Part shown: positions 36,515 through 46,185 of the stretch, in pieces
Numbering within the stretch: position 1 is the first letter of the stretch
Layout: each line of letters opens with the position of its first letter
Assembly: GCA_002320595.1 (NCBI GenBank)
Contig: DCKB01000031.1
Span: 1,443 to 65,442, forward strand
Source of the DNA: Christensenella sp. UBA1685
Lineage (GTDB): Bacteria > Bacillota > Clostridia > Christensenellales > CAG-138
Direction of reading: 5' to 3'
DNA length: 64,000 nucleotides
Made by a program: the position numbers and the translations under genes
Notes under the pieces: model-generated
Told to the model about the DNA's origin: nothing
Seen by the model: only the letters and a program-made list of their open reading frames with translations
Databases searched by the model: none

Positions 36515-37282
36515 TCAAATCTCCTCCATCTCTAGCATCACGGGGCAATGATCGCTGCCCATTACCTCCGGCAAAATGCTGCTTTCTTCAATGCAGCCGC
36601 GGATGCGCTCGCTTACAAGGAAATAGTCGATGCGCCACCCCGCGTTATTGGCCCGGGCATTGTACATGTAGCTCCACCAGGAATAGGCGCCGGTCTTGTC
36701 CGGATACAGGTAGCGGAACGTATCCACAAAGCCGCTGGCGAGAAGCTCCGTGAACTTTGCGCGCTCCTCATCCGTGAAGCCCGCGTTGCCGCGGTTGGAT
36801 TTTGCATTTTTTAGATCTATCTCCTGATGTGCCACGTTCAGGTCGCCGCAGATGACAACGGGCTTCTTTGCGTCGAGCGATTTCAAGTATGCACGGAAAG
36901 CGTCCTCCCAGTCCATCCGGTAGGAAAGGCGGGTCAGTTCCCGCTGGGCGTTGGGCGTATAGCACGTCACAAAATAGAACTCCTCAAATTCCAGCGTGAT
37001 CACGCGCCCTTCCGGCGCGAAGCCGAGCTCCGCCTCATCCGGCAGGCCATAGCTGACCGCAAGCGGCGGGATGCGTGTGAACACCGCCGTGCCGGAATAT
37101 CCCTTCTTCACGGCGCTGTGCCAATACTGCTCGTAGCCCTCAAACGCAAGCTCGATTTGGTGCGGTTGAAGCTTTGTCTCCTGCAGGGCGACTATATCCG
37201 CATCGATGATGCGGAAAAATTCTTCAAACCCTTTCCCCAGACAGGCACGAAGGCCGTTTACATTCCATGATACAAAGCGCAT
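36515..37282 (-). CDS. xth: Exodeoxyribonuclease III / AP endonuclease
   Basis: SWNVNG, LQETK, GYSG, GDLN.AH, GWRIDY and SDHCP motifs. Confidence 0.95.
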   Translation of the reverse strand: MRFVSWNVNGLRACLGKGFEEFFRIIDADIVALQETKLQPHQIELAFEGYEQYWHSAVKKGYSGTAVFTRIPPLAVSYGLPDEAELGFAPEGRVITLEFEEFYFVTCYTPNAQRELTRLSYRMDWEDAFRAYLKSLDAKKPVVICGDLNVAHQEIDLKNAKSNRGNAGFTDEERAKFTELLASGFVDTFRYLYPDKTGAYSWWSYMYNARANNAGWRIDYFLVSERIRGCIEESSILPEVMGSDHCPVMLEMEEI

Positions 37283-37319
37283 AGCGTTTCCCCCTCCATT
37301 TTTGCCGGCCTTTTTCCCG

Positions 37320-38981
37320 CTAGTCTTCCCGGTAAAAGGTGTTGCCGCCGATGAATTCCCGAAGGATGCTCGTGGGGGGAATTTCGTCCTCCACATCCGC
37401 ATCCAAAATATAATTGAGGAATTTTACGATATCGCGCGTCTCGGCGTAATATTTGCTTGTAGGCGGCACCTCGCGCAGGAGCGGATAAACATACTTTTTC
37501 AACACGGCAATTTCATAAACGAGCGTTGTGTTAAACAGTGCGTCGGCATGCTCCTGATAGGGGAAAATCCACGTTTCCTCGCCCCGGCGCACCGAAGGCC
37601 ACATGGAAAGCGTATGCTCCATAGATGCGCCCCGCGTTTCATAATCCCGCACAAGGCGGCGCAGCAGGCGCACATCCGTGGTGCGGATGCGGTTATGGTC
37701 GTCAAGGTTCAGCGTAGTCAGCGCGCTTACATACACGCGGAATACCGCATCATCCGGCACTTCCTGCGTCAGCAGCAGCGGATTCAGGCCGTGGATGCCT
37801 TCGATGATGAGCGGCTGGTCCGCCTTTACGGAAAGCACACTCCCTTCCGGAGCACGTTTGCCGGTTTTAAAGTCGAAACGGGGCACCTCAACCTCCTCGC
37901 CGCGCAGAAGCGCCGCAAGATCATGGTTGAAGCGCGGAATATCAAGCGTATTGATGTGTTCAAGATCCATCTCCCCGTGTTCATCGCGCGGGATCACATC
38001 GCGGTCCAGATAGTAATTGTCCAACGAAAGCATGATGGGATCCTGCGCAAGCACGCGAAGCTGCGTTGCGATGCGGTTCGCGCTTGTGGTCTTTCCGGAT
38101 GAGCTCGGCCCTGCAACCATCACTGCGCGCGCCTTTTTTGCAACGATGGCATCCGCGATTGCCGCATAGCTTTTTTCGTGCAGCGCTTCGCTTACGCGCA
38201 CAATTTCACGGATGCTGCCGTTTTCCACACGCGTATTCAATTCGTTCACGGTATCGCAATGCATGAGTTTGCCCCAGGCATCGCTCTGGCGGAATACGGA
38301 CGCAAGCTTCGTCATGTCCGTGTATTCCGAAGGGACGTCCGGTTCATCCTTGCGGGGCATGAGCATGATCACCGCCCCATCCATGAACTTGAGCCGAAAC
38401 ACATCCGCATATTCGGTGCCGGGCGCCATTTCGCCGTAAAAATAATCCTTGTAATCCCCAAGGCAATATACGTCGAAATAGCTGAACTTGCGCCACTTCA
38501 GAAGCCGTGCCTTATCAAGCTGGCCGTCCTTTTCAAAGAATGCGATCGCCTCGTCAATGGAAAGACGCCTGCGCTCAAGCGGCAATGCCGCGCGGATAAT
38601 GAGGCGCATTTCGCTTTCAAGGCGCAGCACATCCTGCTCGGTCAATTCGGGGTCTTTTTCGATTGTAATGTACAGCCCCGGCCCGAGGGAATAGCGCACC
38701 TGCACGCGCGCCGCGGGGAAAAGCCTGCGCACCGCGGCAATCAGGATGAACTGCAGCGTACGTTCATAAACGCGGCGGCCCGTTTCTTCCCCATAGCGCA
38801 AAAGATGCACGTCCACGTCTTTAAACGGCGTATAGCGCAGGCTGAATACCTCGCCGCCAATCTGTGCCGCGAGCGGGCGTTTGCGCAGTGAAATGCTGTC
38901 CAATTCAAGTTTTTTTACCGCATCCAGCAGGCTTTCGCCATGCTTGAGTTCTGCGGCGACTCCGTCCACCGTTACCTTCAT
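37320..38981 (-). CDS. Nucleoside (uridine) kinase-family protein with ThrRS-like N-terminal domains
   Basis: AGPSSSGKTT, LDNYY, EGIHGLN, RRLVRD and IFPYQE motifs. Confidence 0.85.
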   Translation of the reverse strand: MKVTVDGVAAELKHGESLLDAVKKLELDSISLRKRPLAAQIGGEVFSLRYTPFKDVDVHLLRYGEETGRRVYERTLQFILIAAVRRLFPAARVQVRYSLGPGLYITIEKDPELTEQDVLRLESEMRLIIRAALPLERRRLSIDEAIAFFEKDGQLDKARLLKWRKFSYFDVYCLGDYKDYFYGEMAPGTEYADVFRLKFMDGAVIMLMPRKDEPDVPSEYTDMTKLASVFRQSDAWGKLMHCDTVNELNTRVENGSIREIVRVSEALHEKSYAAIADAIVAKKARAVMVAGPSSSGKTTSANRIATQLRVLAQDPIMLSLDNYYLDRDVIPRDEHGEMDLEHINTLDIPRFNHDLAALLRGEEVEVPRFDFKTGKRAPEGSVLSVKADQPLIIEGIHGLNPLLLTQEVPDDAVFRVYVSALTTLNLDDHNRIRTTDVRLLRRLVRDYETRGASMEHTLSMWPSVRRGEETWIFPYQEHADALFNTTLVYEIAVLKKYVYPLLREVPPTSKYYAETRDIVKFLNYILDADVEDEIPPTSILREFIGGNTFYRED

Positions 38982-39227
38982 AATAAACCTCCATCTCTGG
39001 AATAGAAACTTCGTGCGCTGTTTAGATTATCATTATACCGCAAATCCCCGCTCCATACAGCAAACTGTGGCAAAATTTGAAATATTGCCGAATTTTTCAA
39101 ACTTTAGCCAATATATCTGCTATAATGGATCGGGGCCGTTTTTGCCGCCGACGCGGTCATGCGCCCTTTTGCGCGGCTCCGCCTTCTGTGCGGTCGCACG
39201 CGGCATTGTTGTTGAAGCAGGTGTTTT

Positions 39228-40844
39228 ATGGAAAAGAAGCAATCCTCCTTTGTACAGGGCGCGGCAATCCTCGGCGCTGCGGGCCTTATCGTAAAAATCA
39301 TCGGTGCGCTGTTCCGGGTACCGCTTGCCAACCAGGTCGGCCCGGAGGGCATGAGCTACTATGAAGTCGCTTATCCGTATTATTCCGGCCTTCTTGTGAT
39401 CGCGTCCGCCGGGCTTCCGACGGCAATCTCGAAGCTTGTGAGCGAACGCGTGACCATGCGCGACTACCGCGGCGCACGCGAGGTATTTCAAACCGCGCAA
39501 AAGCTCCTTTGCGGCATTGGCATCGTGCTGGGCCTTTTGATGTTCCTGCTGGCCAAACCGCTTGCCGCAAGCTCCGGCCTTGATGCGGCCTACCTTTCTT
39601 TTCAGGCATTCGCACCCGCGCTCCTGTTTGTTTCCATCATGTGCGCATATCGCGGCTATCTGCAGGGCATGCAGCAGATGACCGGCACCGCCGTATCCCA
39701 GATTGTTGAGCAGCTCGGCAAGCTTGTCATCGGCCTTGCCCTTGCGGTAAAGCTTTTGCCCAAAGGCCCCGAATATGCGGCTATGGGCGCGATCATCGGT
39801 GTGACGGCGAGCGAGCTGATCGCACTTGTTGTGATTTGGCTGATGTACCGCCTGAAAAAGCGCAGCTTTGATGCAAAGCTGCGCAGAAGCCCCAAAACAC
39901 AGCCGCGCGGTTTCGGCATTATCTCAAAAAATCTTTTGCAAATTGCAGTCCCCGTTACCATCGGCGCTTCCATCAGCTCGCTTGCAGGCATTGTGGATGT
40001 GGCGCTCATCATCAATATTCTGACCGACAACCTCGGCTATGAAACGTCGCTTGCGCAGACCGCTTTTTCGCTGTTGCGCACCAATGTAACGACGCTCACC
40101 AATATGCCCGGCGTACTCACTATGGCGCTTGCGATGAGCCTTGTGCCCGCGATTTCGGCGGCAATGGCCAAGCGGGACAGCGCGAGCGTGCGCAATGCTT
40201 CCCGCATGGGGTTAAAGCTTGCGCTCATCATCGGCCTGCCGTGCGCCACCGGCCTTTTTGTGCTTGCAAAGCCCATCCTTTCCCTGCTTTATCCGCGTTT
40301 GACCGAAGCGGAGCTTGCCCTCGCTGCCGACCTGATGCACACAGCTGCCATCGGCGTAGTTTTTCTTTCCATGGTGCAGACGATGACCGGGGTCCTGCAA
40401 GGGATGGGGAAGCAGAACGTGCCCGTGTTCAACCTGTTCATCGGCTTTCTGCTGAAAGTTGTGACACTGATTTTCCTTATGAACCTTCCTTCGGTAAACA
40501 TTCAGGGTGCAGCGGTTTCCACCGTGGTATGCTACGCGTTCGCCGGCATCGCGGACACCATCTATACGGCGCGGCGCGCAAGGCTTAAGCTCCCTTTGTT
40601 TGATGTGTTCGGCAAACCGCTCTCCGCATCGCTCGCCATGGGCGCCGCCGTACACTTTGCTTATGCCGCTCTGGCAAAGAGCGGCCATACTACGCTTGCA
40701 ACGCTTGGTGCAGTTTGTGCGGGCGTTGCCGTATACGCAGTGCTTGTCGTGCTGCTTCGCATGTTCTCCTATGACGAGCTTGCGCTGATCCCGGGCGGCA
40801 CAAAGCTGCGCCGCCTGCTGTACCCGAAAGGACAAAACAAATGA
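39228..40844 (+). CDS. SpoVB/YabM-family polysaccharide/lipid II flippase
   Basis: KIIGALFRVPL, GLPTAISKLVSE, YRGYLQG and SQIVEQ motifs; many TM segments. Confidence 0.88.
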   Translation: MEKKQSSFVQGAAILGAAGLIVKIIGALFRVPLANQVGPEGMSYYEVAYPYYSGLLVIASAGLPTAISKLVSERVTMRDYRGAREVFQTAQKLLCGIGIVLGLLMFLLAKPLAASSGLDAAYLSFQAFAPALLFVSIMCAYRGYLQGMQQMTGTAVSQIVEQLGKLVIGLALAVKLLPKGPEYAAMGAIIGVTASELIALVVIWLMYRLKKRSFDAKLRRSPKTQPRGFGIISKNLLQIAVPVTIGASISSLAGIVDVALIINILTDNLGYETSLAQTAFSLLRTNVTTLTNMPGVLTMALAMSLVPAISAAMAKRDSASVRNASRMGLKLALIIGLPCATGLFVLAKPILSLLYPRLTEAELALAADLMHTAAIGVVFLSMVQTMTGVLQGMGKQNVPVFNLFIGFLLKVVTLIFLMNLPSVNIQGAAVSTVVCYAFAGIADTIYTARRARLKLPLFDVFGKPLSASLAMGAAVHFAYAALAKSGHTTLATLGAVCAGVAVYAVLVVLLRMFSYDELALIPGGTKLRRLLYPKGQNK

Positions 40845-42283
40845 AAACCATTACCATCGCGCCGCTTGCGACGCCAAGAAGCATTTCCCTTGCCGTTTGG
40901 GATGCGGTAACACATGCCCCCCGCCTGTTTTTGCAGACGTCGGAACACCCTTCCGCCCGCCGCATATGCGAGGCGGGCATTCCCTTTGAAAGCATGGATG
41001 ACCTTTACTGCGCAGCCGAAGACTTCGATGCGCTCAACGCAGCAATTGCAGCGCGCCTTTTTTCGGCACCGGAGGAGGATGTGGTCTATGCCGTGCCAGG
41101 CCGCGGCGTGGGGCAAGCCCAGCTTGAAACGATCCGGCAGGCAGCCGAAGCGGCCGGGGTGCAGGTGGTGCTTCTGCCCGCCTCCGGCTATGCGGAAGCC
41201 GCGCTGGCATCGCTGCCTGTACCGTTTGCAGCGGACAGCCTGCGCATCCTTCCCGCAACCGCACTCCCCTGCCGTTTGGACCCCTATGTGCCGCTGTGCG
41301 TTGAAGAACTTGACACGCGGATGCGCGCAAGCGAAGTGAAGCTCGCGCTCCTTGAATATTATCCGGATGAATTCCCCGTCTGGCTCTGCACCATGGACGA
41401 CGCCGGCGATTACTCCGTCCGCTCCCTGCCGCTTTACGCGCTGGACAGGCAGGAAGGCTTCTTCGCCGCAAGTACGCTTATCCTGCGCGCAGCAGCGTTT
41501 GACGAGCTTTCCCGCCACGGTCTGGAAGGGCTTGAGCGCGTGATGAAACGCCTGCGCGCACCCGGCGGCTGCCCTTGGGATGCGGAACAAACACACGAAT
41601 CGCTGCGCAGCGATCTTCTGGAAGAAGCATACGAGGTGCTGGATGCCATCGACCGGGAGGACGCGGACGCGCTGTGTGAGGAACTCGGAGACCTCCTTCT
41701 GCAGGTGGTGTTCCATGCGGAGATCGAGGAGGAACTGCGCGTGTTCAACCTTCGAGACGTCTGCACCGGAATTGTGCAAAAGCTCGTTTACCGGCACCCG
41801 CATGTTTTCGGCGAAACGCGCGTGAATGGTTCGGATGAAGTGCTTGTCAATTGGGAAAACTTAAAGAAGAAGGAAAAGCATCAGGAGACGGTCGCTGATA
41901 TGATGAACGCCGTGCCTCATGGCTTCCCCGCCTTAATGCGCGCAAAGAAGGTTCAAAAAAAAGCCGCGCATGTGGGATTTGACTGGCCCGACCCAAACGG
42001 TGCACTGGACAAGATTGAGGAAGAAACGCATGAGCTCCGCGAAGCCTTAGCACAGCAGGAAAGCGAAGCCCGCATCAGCGAAGAGCTGGGGGATCTGCTT
42101 TTCTCGGTGGTCAATGCGGCGCGGCTGCTCCACCTGGATGGAGAGCTTGCCCTTGCTGCGTCGACTGAAAAATTTGTCACACGGTTCACAAAAATGGAGC
42201 AACTTGTTTTATCCGAGGGGCTCTCGCTCGAAGCGTTAGGCCTTCCTGCGCTGGACGTATTCTGGGAGCGCGTAAAGGGCTGA
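40841..42283 (+). CDS. mazG: YabN/MazG: tetrapyrrole-methylase-like + nucleoside triphosphate pyrophosphohydrolase
   Basis: GCPWDAEQTH, EEAYEV, EELGDLL, RHPHVF and GFDW motifs. Confidence 0.92.
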   Translation: MKTITIAPLATPRSISLAVWDAVTHAPRLFLQTSEHPSARRICEAGIPFESMDDLYCAAEDFDALNAAIAARLFSAPEEDVVYAVPGRGVGQAQLETIRQAAEAAGVQVVLLPASGYAEAALASLPVPFAADSLRILPATALPCRLDPYVPLCVEELDTRMRASEVKLALLEYYPDEFPVWLCTMDDAGDYSVRSLPLYALDRQEGFFAASTLILRAAAFDELSRHGLEGLERVMKRLRAPGGCPWDAEQTHESLRSDLLEEAYEVLDAIDREDADALCEELGDLLLQVVFHAEIEEELRVFNLRDVCTGIVQKLVYRHPHVFGETRVNGSDEVLVNWENLKKKEKHQETVADMMNAVPHGFPALMRAKKVQKKAAHVGFDWPDPNGALDKIEEETHELREALAQQESEARISEELGDLLFSVVNAARLLHLDGELALAASTEKFVTRFTKMEQLVLSEGLSLEALGLPALDVFWERVKG

Positions 42284-42312
42284 TTTTATAGGAAATTTGG
42301 GCAAAATAGGGC

Positions 42313-42341
42313 TTGTACAATCGCGGAAAGGCTGATACAAT
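42313..42341 (+). promoter_or_regulatory. SigA promoter of hup
   Basis: TTGTAC-17nt-TACAAT with a TG extension. Confidence 0.65.
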
Positions 42342-42386
42342 AAATGGCGGACAAAATCCGTTTAATACATCAGGAGGATATAAGAC

Positions 42387-42659
42387 ATGAATAAAACCGA
42401 ATTGATCGCAGCCGTAGCCGAAAAGAGCGGCATCTCCAAGAAGGACGCTGAAAAGGCCGTTAGCGCTGCGCTTACCACCATCACGGAAGCACTTCAGGCT
42501 GGCGACAAGGTTCAGCTGGTTGGCTTTGGTGTATTTGAAGTTCGCGAGCGTCCCGCGCACAAGGGCCACAACCCCATGACCGGCGCCGAAATCGAAATCG
42601 CCGCGAGCAAAGCCCCCGCCTTCAAGGCCGGCAAAGCGCTCAAGGAAGCTCTCAACTGA
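42387..42659 (+). CDS. hup: DNA-binding protein HU
   Basis: [25 protein letters not shown] and [10 protein letters not shown] motifs. Confidence 0.97.
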   Translation: MNKTELIAAVAEKSGISKKDAEKAVSAALTTITEALQAGDKVQLVGFGVFEVRERPAHKGHNPMTGAEIEIAASKAPAFKAGKALKEALN

Positions 42660-42675
42660 TTTATTTAAACATGAA

Positions 42676-42701
42676 AAGCGCGAACCTTGCGGTTCGCGCT
42701 T
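42676..42701. repeat. Left copy of 26-bp target duplication (terminator hairpin)
   Basis: AAGCGCGAACCTTGCGGTTCGCGCTT, identical to 42900-42925. Confidence 0.95.
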
Positions 42702-42899
42702 CAGTCTGTCGAAAAAGTCTCTCCGGGATTGTCAAGGGCCGCAGTCCTTGACTTGCAATCGCGAGCGGCGACAGGTGTGGCGCGAGCGAAAAGCCTTGCC
42801 GCGCAAGGCTTTCTTTGCACGGAGCGCTGGCCGCGCCACCGGCGCAAGCGCGACGTGAAATCCTCGATCAAGTGGCGCTGCCACTTGATCGACAGCCTC
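42702..42899. mobile_element. Non-autonomous MITE-like element, copy 2 (198 bp)
   Basis: Terminal IRs CAGTCTGTCGAAAAAGT / ACTTGATCGACAGCCTC (13/17 match), flanked by an exact 26-bp direct repeat. Confidence 0.85.
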
Positions 42900-42928
42900 A
42901 AGCGCGAACCTTGCGGTTCGCGCTTTTT
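42900..42928 (+). terminator. hup terminator (right copy of the duplication, retains the T-tract)
   Basis: GCGCGAACC-TTGC-GGTTCGCGC followed by TTTTT. Confidence 0.85.
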
Positions 42929-42940
42929 AAATGCTTTTGT

Positions 42941-45900
42941 TTATCCGAGCTTTATATAATCGGCAACAGCAAAGCCAAAGGTACCATTTTGGCTCAGGAA
43001 GCACCAGCCGTCAAAAATCATATAAACCATAACGGATGCTTTGCTCGGCATCAGCCGTATGACCTTGCTCGAAGTGCTCATGCCTTGCCTGAGGTTGACT
43101 TCTGCAGTGGTCCTGGTTTCAATGGGCGCGACTGTATCGCTCACGCGCGCAATGCCCGCCGAGCCGGAGCTTTTGACCTTTACATAGGATTTATAGGCAA
43201 AGCCTGCACGTCCGTTGTAGAGCACATAATACCATTCTCCGGTTTCGCCCAAAATTTTAAGTTCTTCCCCCTGTTTCAGCGTTGCAAGCACGCTTCCGCC
43301 CGTTGTGGAAGGTTTGTCCCTGAAATTGAGTTTTCCCGTGGCCGCACCTGTTGCAAGCTGGACTCCTTCCCCGGAGGACGTTTCGCCCTCCGGCGCGGAA
43401 CTGCCGCCCTCCGGCGTGACGCTGCCCGCGCCTTCCTCGCTCTGCGCAATCACCTTCACATATTTTGCGTAAAGGTATCCGCGCGTGCCGTTATATTCAG
43501 CCGCATACCAGCCGTCTGAAAGCGAATAGAGCGTAACCGTTTCCCCGCTTCTGATCTGGCCAAGCTTTTTGGACGATGAGGAAGCGTGTTCCCGGAAGTT
43601 AACCTTTGCCGTAGTTTGTCCCAAGCCGAGGATATCCGGCACGGTAAGCTCCGAAGTTTCCTCTTTGTCGCTGCTTTCCTTCTCTGGAAGCGCAACCGTC
43701 ACATTGATGTATTTTGAGCTCACATAGCCTGTCCGTTCGCCGACCGACACCCGATACCACCCATCCGTAAGCGCGTGCAGCGTAAGTTCCAGATCTTTTT
43801 TGAGCGTTCCGAACGACGGGTAGGATGTCCCCGGTCCTTCCCGGAAATTCACATTCCCCGTGGTAATGCCTTTGCCCGTCTCCGGCTTAGGTTCCTCCGG
43901 CAAAACCGGCCTACCGTCGCTTCCGAGCGTAACCTTTTCCCCCGTCAGCTCCACATAATCGGCATATAGGAACCCAAATTGGCCGTCCACTGCCGCATAA
44001 TACCAATTCCCGCTCTTTTTCAAAACATAAACGCCAGTATTTTTTTCAAGCTGCCGCAGCCTGGCACTTGCGCTTGAAGCGTCTGCGCGGAAGTTCACCC
44101 CGCTTCGCGTCACCAAACCCGCCTCGGCAGAATAGGTCGGCTCCGGCTTTGCGGTTTGTTCAGGCGTAGGCAAAGGTACTGCTTGCGCCAATTTTACGTA
44201 TTGCGCGCTTACATAGCCGTAAACGCCCTCAACGCTCACATAATACCAGCCGTTTTGCAGCGCGTATGCCGTGAGTTCCGTGCCGCGCGCAAGCTTTTTC
44301 AGGCTGCTGTAGCTTGTGGCAGGCCCTGTTCTGAAGTTCACATCCTTTGCTGTGATGCTTCCCGTGCCGAGAATGGCAGGCTGATCCGGCGTGGGTGACG
44401 GCACAGGCGTAGCCGTTGGCGCAGGCGTTTGCCCCTCCAGCGGAACAAAGTCGACATAGTCGGCGCTGACGTAACCATCATACCCATCCACAACCGAACG
44501 GTACCAGCTTCCCGACTTTCCATAAACCGGGATCCTGCTTCCCTTTGTAAGTTTCCCATAGCTTTCGTATTCCGTGCCGGGGCCTTTGCGGAAGTTCACA
44601 TTGCCCGTAACCGTGCCATAGCCTGTAAGCGTCAATCCTTCCGGAACCTCAGATACGTCCGGAGTTTCGCCCGGCTTCACAGGGTCTGCGGGTTCTGAAA
44701 CCGCAATTGTGGAAAACGATGCGCCCGGATAATAAAAGCGCAGAATGTCACGATAATTCCAGCCTTCGAGCGCGCGTTGCTGCGCGCCTCGCTGGCTCAT
44801 TCCCACTCCATGGCCCCATCGGGCATGGTAGATAACATAGCAGCCGGAAGATGCGTCATATTCCCCCCAATACGTACGCAAGGCAGCGTTTGTAAATACG
44901 CCGTAGGTAAAAAGGTCGGCCACATTGAAGTCAAGCTCAATGTCATCGTAAAGATACCCGCCCGCAATGACGCCAAGCCTCATTTTCACGCGCGTCATGT
45001 TGCGCGTCACGTCATTGTAGCGGGGCGAATACACCTCCACAGCCTTAATGAGCTCCAAACCTGTCGGCATCACGCCGATCACTGCTCCCGCTTTGGTCAG
45101 AATCATTTCATACAGCGCCCGGCTGATGGAACCCGCCTCGTTGATGGGGATCTTAACTTTTTCAATTGGGCTCATCGTGTTTTTAAGATCGTATTCATCC
45201 AGGCTGATGGCATACCCCGCATTTGTGCCCTTGCCTGTGCTCCAAGCGTATGTCACAAGACTGGTTTCCCCGCCATTGCTTGCAGCGTAATACGTGCAGA
45301 GCATGGAGCCGTTCACGGTAAGAATTTCACCGAGCGTTTCATCTACCGCCCGGATTACGTTTGTGTTGGACGGCGTATACCCTTTATAGACCTGGTCTGT
45401 GGACGTATCGCCGATGTAGTATTCCGCATTGCCGGTTTTCATGCAGGTGAGCACATAGCATTTGGCTGCAATGGCCTGCGCCTTGAGCGCCTCAATGGGA
45501 AACGTGTTGCTCATTTCATGCCCGACGACTCCATACAGATAATGCGCTAGAGGCACGACATTGACAACCTGCAAAAAACCGCTTGAAAGAACGCGCACGT
45601 TAAAATGGCCGAGGTAAGAACGCGAGTTAAAATACATATAACCCGCAGAGGGCTTCATCTGCGCCCGCATAATGGAAACGGACGCGCCGGTATACAGCTC
45701 GCCCTCTCCCGAATGGGACACGCTCAGCGTGCCATCCAGATTTGTACGCAAAGTGAGCGTGCCGCCTTGAAAGGACGCTCCGTTTTCGTTGATAAAATAT
45801 TCGCCTTTTACGCTCATGGAAAGCACGGTAGCGTTGTTGGTCGTCAGTTTGACCTTGATGGTACTGTAATCTGCCGCAGCGGATGCCTGGGGTGCAGGGA

Positions 45901-45964
45901 ACGCTGCCACGGCCACGAAAAAAGCAAGTGTGAGAAAAACCGCTGTGAATCGTTTCATAAGCAA
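42941..45964 (-). CDS. Secreted SpoIID/LytB-domain lytic transglycosylase with seven SH3b repeats
   Basis: Signal peptide; YLYGVVGHEM, EALKAQAIAA, DQVYKG and GHGVGMSQ motifs; seven (V/L)N(F/L)R..W(Y/C)..G(Y/F) repeats. Confidence 0.88.
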   Translation of the reverse strand: MLMKRFTAVFLTLAFFVAVAAFPAPQASAAADYSTIKVKLTTNNATVLSMSVKGEYFINENGASFQGGTLTLRTNLDGTLSVSHSGEGELYTGASVSIMRAQMKPSAGYMYFNSRSYLGHFNVRVLSSGFLQVVNVVPLAHYLYGVVGHEMSNTFPIEALKAQAIAAKCYVLTCMKTGNAEYYIGDTSTDQVYKGYTPSNTNVIRAVDETLGEILTVNGSMLCTYYAASNGGETSLVTYAWSTGKGTNAGYAISLDEYDLKNTMSPIEKVKIPINEAGSISRALYEMILTKAGAVIGVMPTGLELIKAVEVYSPRYNDVTRNMTRVKMRLGVIAGGYLYDDIELDFNVADLFTYGVFTNAALRTYWGEYDASSGCYVIYHARWGHGVGMSQRGAQQRALEGWNYRDILRFYYPGASFSTIAVSEPADPVKPGETPDVSEVPEGLTLTGYGTVTGNVNFRKGPGTEYESYGKLTKGSRIPVYGKSGSWYRSVVDGYDGYVSADYVDFVPLEGQTPAPTATPVPSPTPDQPAILGTGSITAKDVNFRTGPATSYSSLKKLARGTELTAYALQNGWYYVSVEGVYGYVSAQYVKLAQAVPLPTPEQTAKPEPTYSAEAGLVTRSGVNFRADASSASARLRQLEKNTGVYVLKKSGNWYYAAVDGQFGFLYADYVELTGEKVTLGSDGRPVLPEEPKPETGKGITTGNVNFREGPGTSYPSFGTLKKDLELTLHALTDGWYRVSVGERTGYVSSKYINVTVALPEKESSDKEETSELTVPDILGLGQTTAKVNFREHASSSSKKLGQIRSGETVTLYSLSDGWYAAEYNGTRGYLYAKYVKVIAQSEEGAGSVTPEGGSSAPEGETSSGEGVQLATGAATGKLNFRDKPSTTGGSVLATLKQGEELKILGETGEWYYVLYNGRAGFAYKSYVKVKSSGSAGIARVSDTVAPIETRTTAEVNLRQGMSTSSKVIRLMPSKASVMVYMIFDGWCFLSQNGTFGFAVADYIKLG

Positions 45965-46128
45965 TCCTTTATTAAATCGTTACGCCGTTGCGTTTTGCGG
46001 CATGCCGCAGCAATTGCAGTTATATAAGAGCAGTATAATTTTAGCATGAATGTAATGATTTGTGTAGGAATTCCACGTTTCTTTTCGGATTATTCATATT
46101 TTCGGTATTATTTCCCATAGAAAGCCGC

Positions 46129-46159
46129 AAAAAAGCTGCCCGGCAGTTTGCCGGGCAGC
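46129..46159 (-). terminator. spoVT terminator
   Basis: GCTGCCCGGCA...TGCCGGGCAGC followed by TTTTTT on the minus strand. Confidence 0.8.
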
Positions 46160-46185
46160 ACGTCCGCATGGATGCTGTATACGAT

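Larger units (their letters stand above)
35151..36649. mobile_element. Cassette 2: spare DUF4438 tail + hydrolase + MazG-like gene + xth tail
   Basis: Bounded by GGCGCGGGC (35151) and GGCCCGGGC (36650). Confidence 0.6.

Noticed and set aside
34002-36658. Diversity-generating retroelement (TR/VR) or invertible shufflon explanation for the duplicated tails
   Set aside because: Mismatches are not adenine-specific, there is no reverse transcriptase in the window, and the repeats are direct rather than inverted.
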